Positions 63,001 through 64,000 of a stretch of 64,000 nucleotides of DNA are shown piece after piece. How positions within the stretch are numbered: the first letter of the stretch is position 1; each line of letters starts with the position of its first letter. The translations under genes were made by a program, and so were the position numbers. The notes below the pieces were generated by a model. The model was given only the letters and a program-made list of their open reading frames with translations, was not told the origin of the DNA and searched no databases. Origin of the DNA: Candidatus Latescibacterota bacterium (GTDB lineage: Bacteria; Latescibacterota; CBDEFO01); assembly GCA_965237525.1 (NCBI GenBank), contig CBDEFO010000001.1:32001-96000 (forward strand), read 5' to 3'.

Positions 63001-64000
63001 AAATCCCAATGGTCTGGCAGATACACTATCTAATGGATTTATTTTTATTCCTCCTCTTGTTGTAACATCTATTAACCCTAATTCAGACACGCAATTGGGA
63101 GGTACATCTGTGACAATATCAGGGAGCGATTTCCAAAGCGGATCAACTGTTACTTTTGGAGATAGCACAGCTACAGATATAGTCGTAATATCCTCTGGTA
63201 CCATTACTGCTGTAACTCCTGCTCATCCTGCTGGTACTGTGGATGTGATAGTCACAAATCCCAGTGGTCTTTCAGACACACTATCTAGTGGACTTACTTT
63301 TCTTTCTCATCCTGAAGTGACATTTATTAATCCTTCTTCTGGTACAGAATTAGGCGGTACATCTGTGACGATAGTAGGGAGCAATTTCCAAAGTGGATCA
63401 ACTGTTACTTTTGGAGATAGCACAGCAACAGATATAGTCGTAATATCCTCTGGTACCATTACTGCTGTAACTCCTGCTCATCCTGCTGGCACTGTGGATG
63501 TGATAGTCACAAATCCCAATGGTCTTTCAGACACACTATCTAATAGATTTGAGTTTATTGGGATTCCCCCTGTTGTGACATCTATTGATCCTAATTCAGG
63601 CACACAATTAGGCAGTACATCTGTGACAATATCAGGGAATAGTTTCCAAAGTGGATCAACTGTTACTTTTGGAGATAGCACAGCTACAGATATAGTCGTA
63701 GTATCCTCCGCCATCGTCACCGCTAAGACTTCCTCATATCCTGCTGGCACTGTGGATGTGATAGTTACAAATCCCAATGGTCTGGCAGATACACTATCTA
63801 ATGGATTTATTTTTATTCCTCCTCTTGTTGTAACATCTATTAACCCTAATTCAGACACGCAATTGGGAGGTACATCTGTGACAATATCAGGGAGCGATTT
63901 CCAAAGTGGATCAACTGTTACTTTTGGAGATAGCACAGCTACAGATATAGTCGTAATATCCTCTGGTACCATTACTGCTGTAACTCCTGCTCATCCTGCT
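60025..64000 (+). repeat. Tandem IPT/TIG domain array (about 15 units of 255-258 bp; 768-bp higher-order trimer in the 3' part)
   Basis: Unit VTSIDP.SG..LGGTSVTI.GS.FQSGSTVTFGD...TPAHPAGTVDVIVTNP.G; identical antisense ORFs at 62710-63204 and 63478-63972 are 768 bp apart. Confidence 0.95.

Larger units (their letters stand above)
54547..64000 (+). pseudogene. Giant secreted/surface protein (acidic beta-rich repeats followed by an IPT/TIG array), interrupted by IS1182 and IS481-like elements; runs off the window
   Basis: Removing the ISs gives MRKGHFKEILISLLVVVSSLFGMTTYADAA (signal peptide) and ..VTFNLVPDAKRLDG..; indels at about 62050-62260. Confidence 0.85.

Noticed and set aside
60025..64000. 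CRISPR array
   Set aside because: Units are about 255-bp coding IPT/TIG domains with no unique spacers, and there are no cas genes

Overview
A 64-kb bacterial window. The C-terminal 'LEQNYPNPFNP' FlgD-like sorting domain, the DUF6785-like and FG-GAP genes and a dockerin/EF-hand remnant suggest an FCB-related candidate lineage such as Latescibacterota or KSB1; this is inference only. Positions 1-18.5 kb are mostly housekeeping (lptD 3' end, dtd, maf, priA, PLP aminotransferase, mscS, Fe-ADH, SDR pair, lactonase, amrS, rhomboid, M23 peptidase). The remainder is accessory and heavily eroded. It holds a type I R-M locus with broken hsdM and hsdS, a matrixin/beta-propeller gene with a small secreted partner, an AAA-ATPase/TOPRIM-like pair, a sugar-acid SDR/dehydratase cluster, and a six-gene PNPOx-PNPOx-GAF/HK-AhpD-AhpD-HK signalling operon. 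It also has integron-like attI/attC remnants with no integrase, four IS copies (two IS481-like, one IS3, one IS1182), and a giant IPT/TIG-repeat surface-protein gene hit by two ISs. The strongest unexplained signals are: (i) a 23-bp hairpin (TCCCCGATTGAATCTATCGGGGA) at 7 loci that nests into itself and sits inside genes, including an IS3 transposase; (ii) the flavin/thiol-linked two-kinase operon; (iii) a templated 15-nt stop-bearing insertion in hsdS; (iv) duplicated attI-like sites in front of cassette-like genes. All family assignments come from motif recognition by eye, not database searches.
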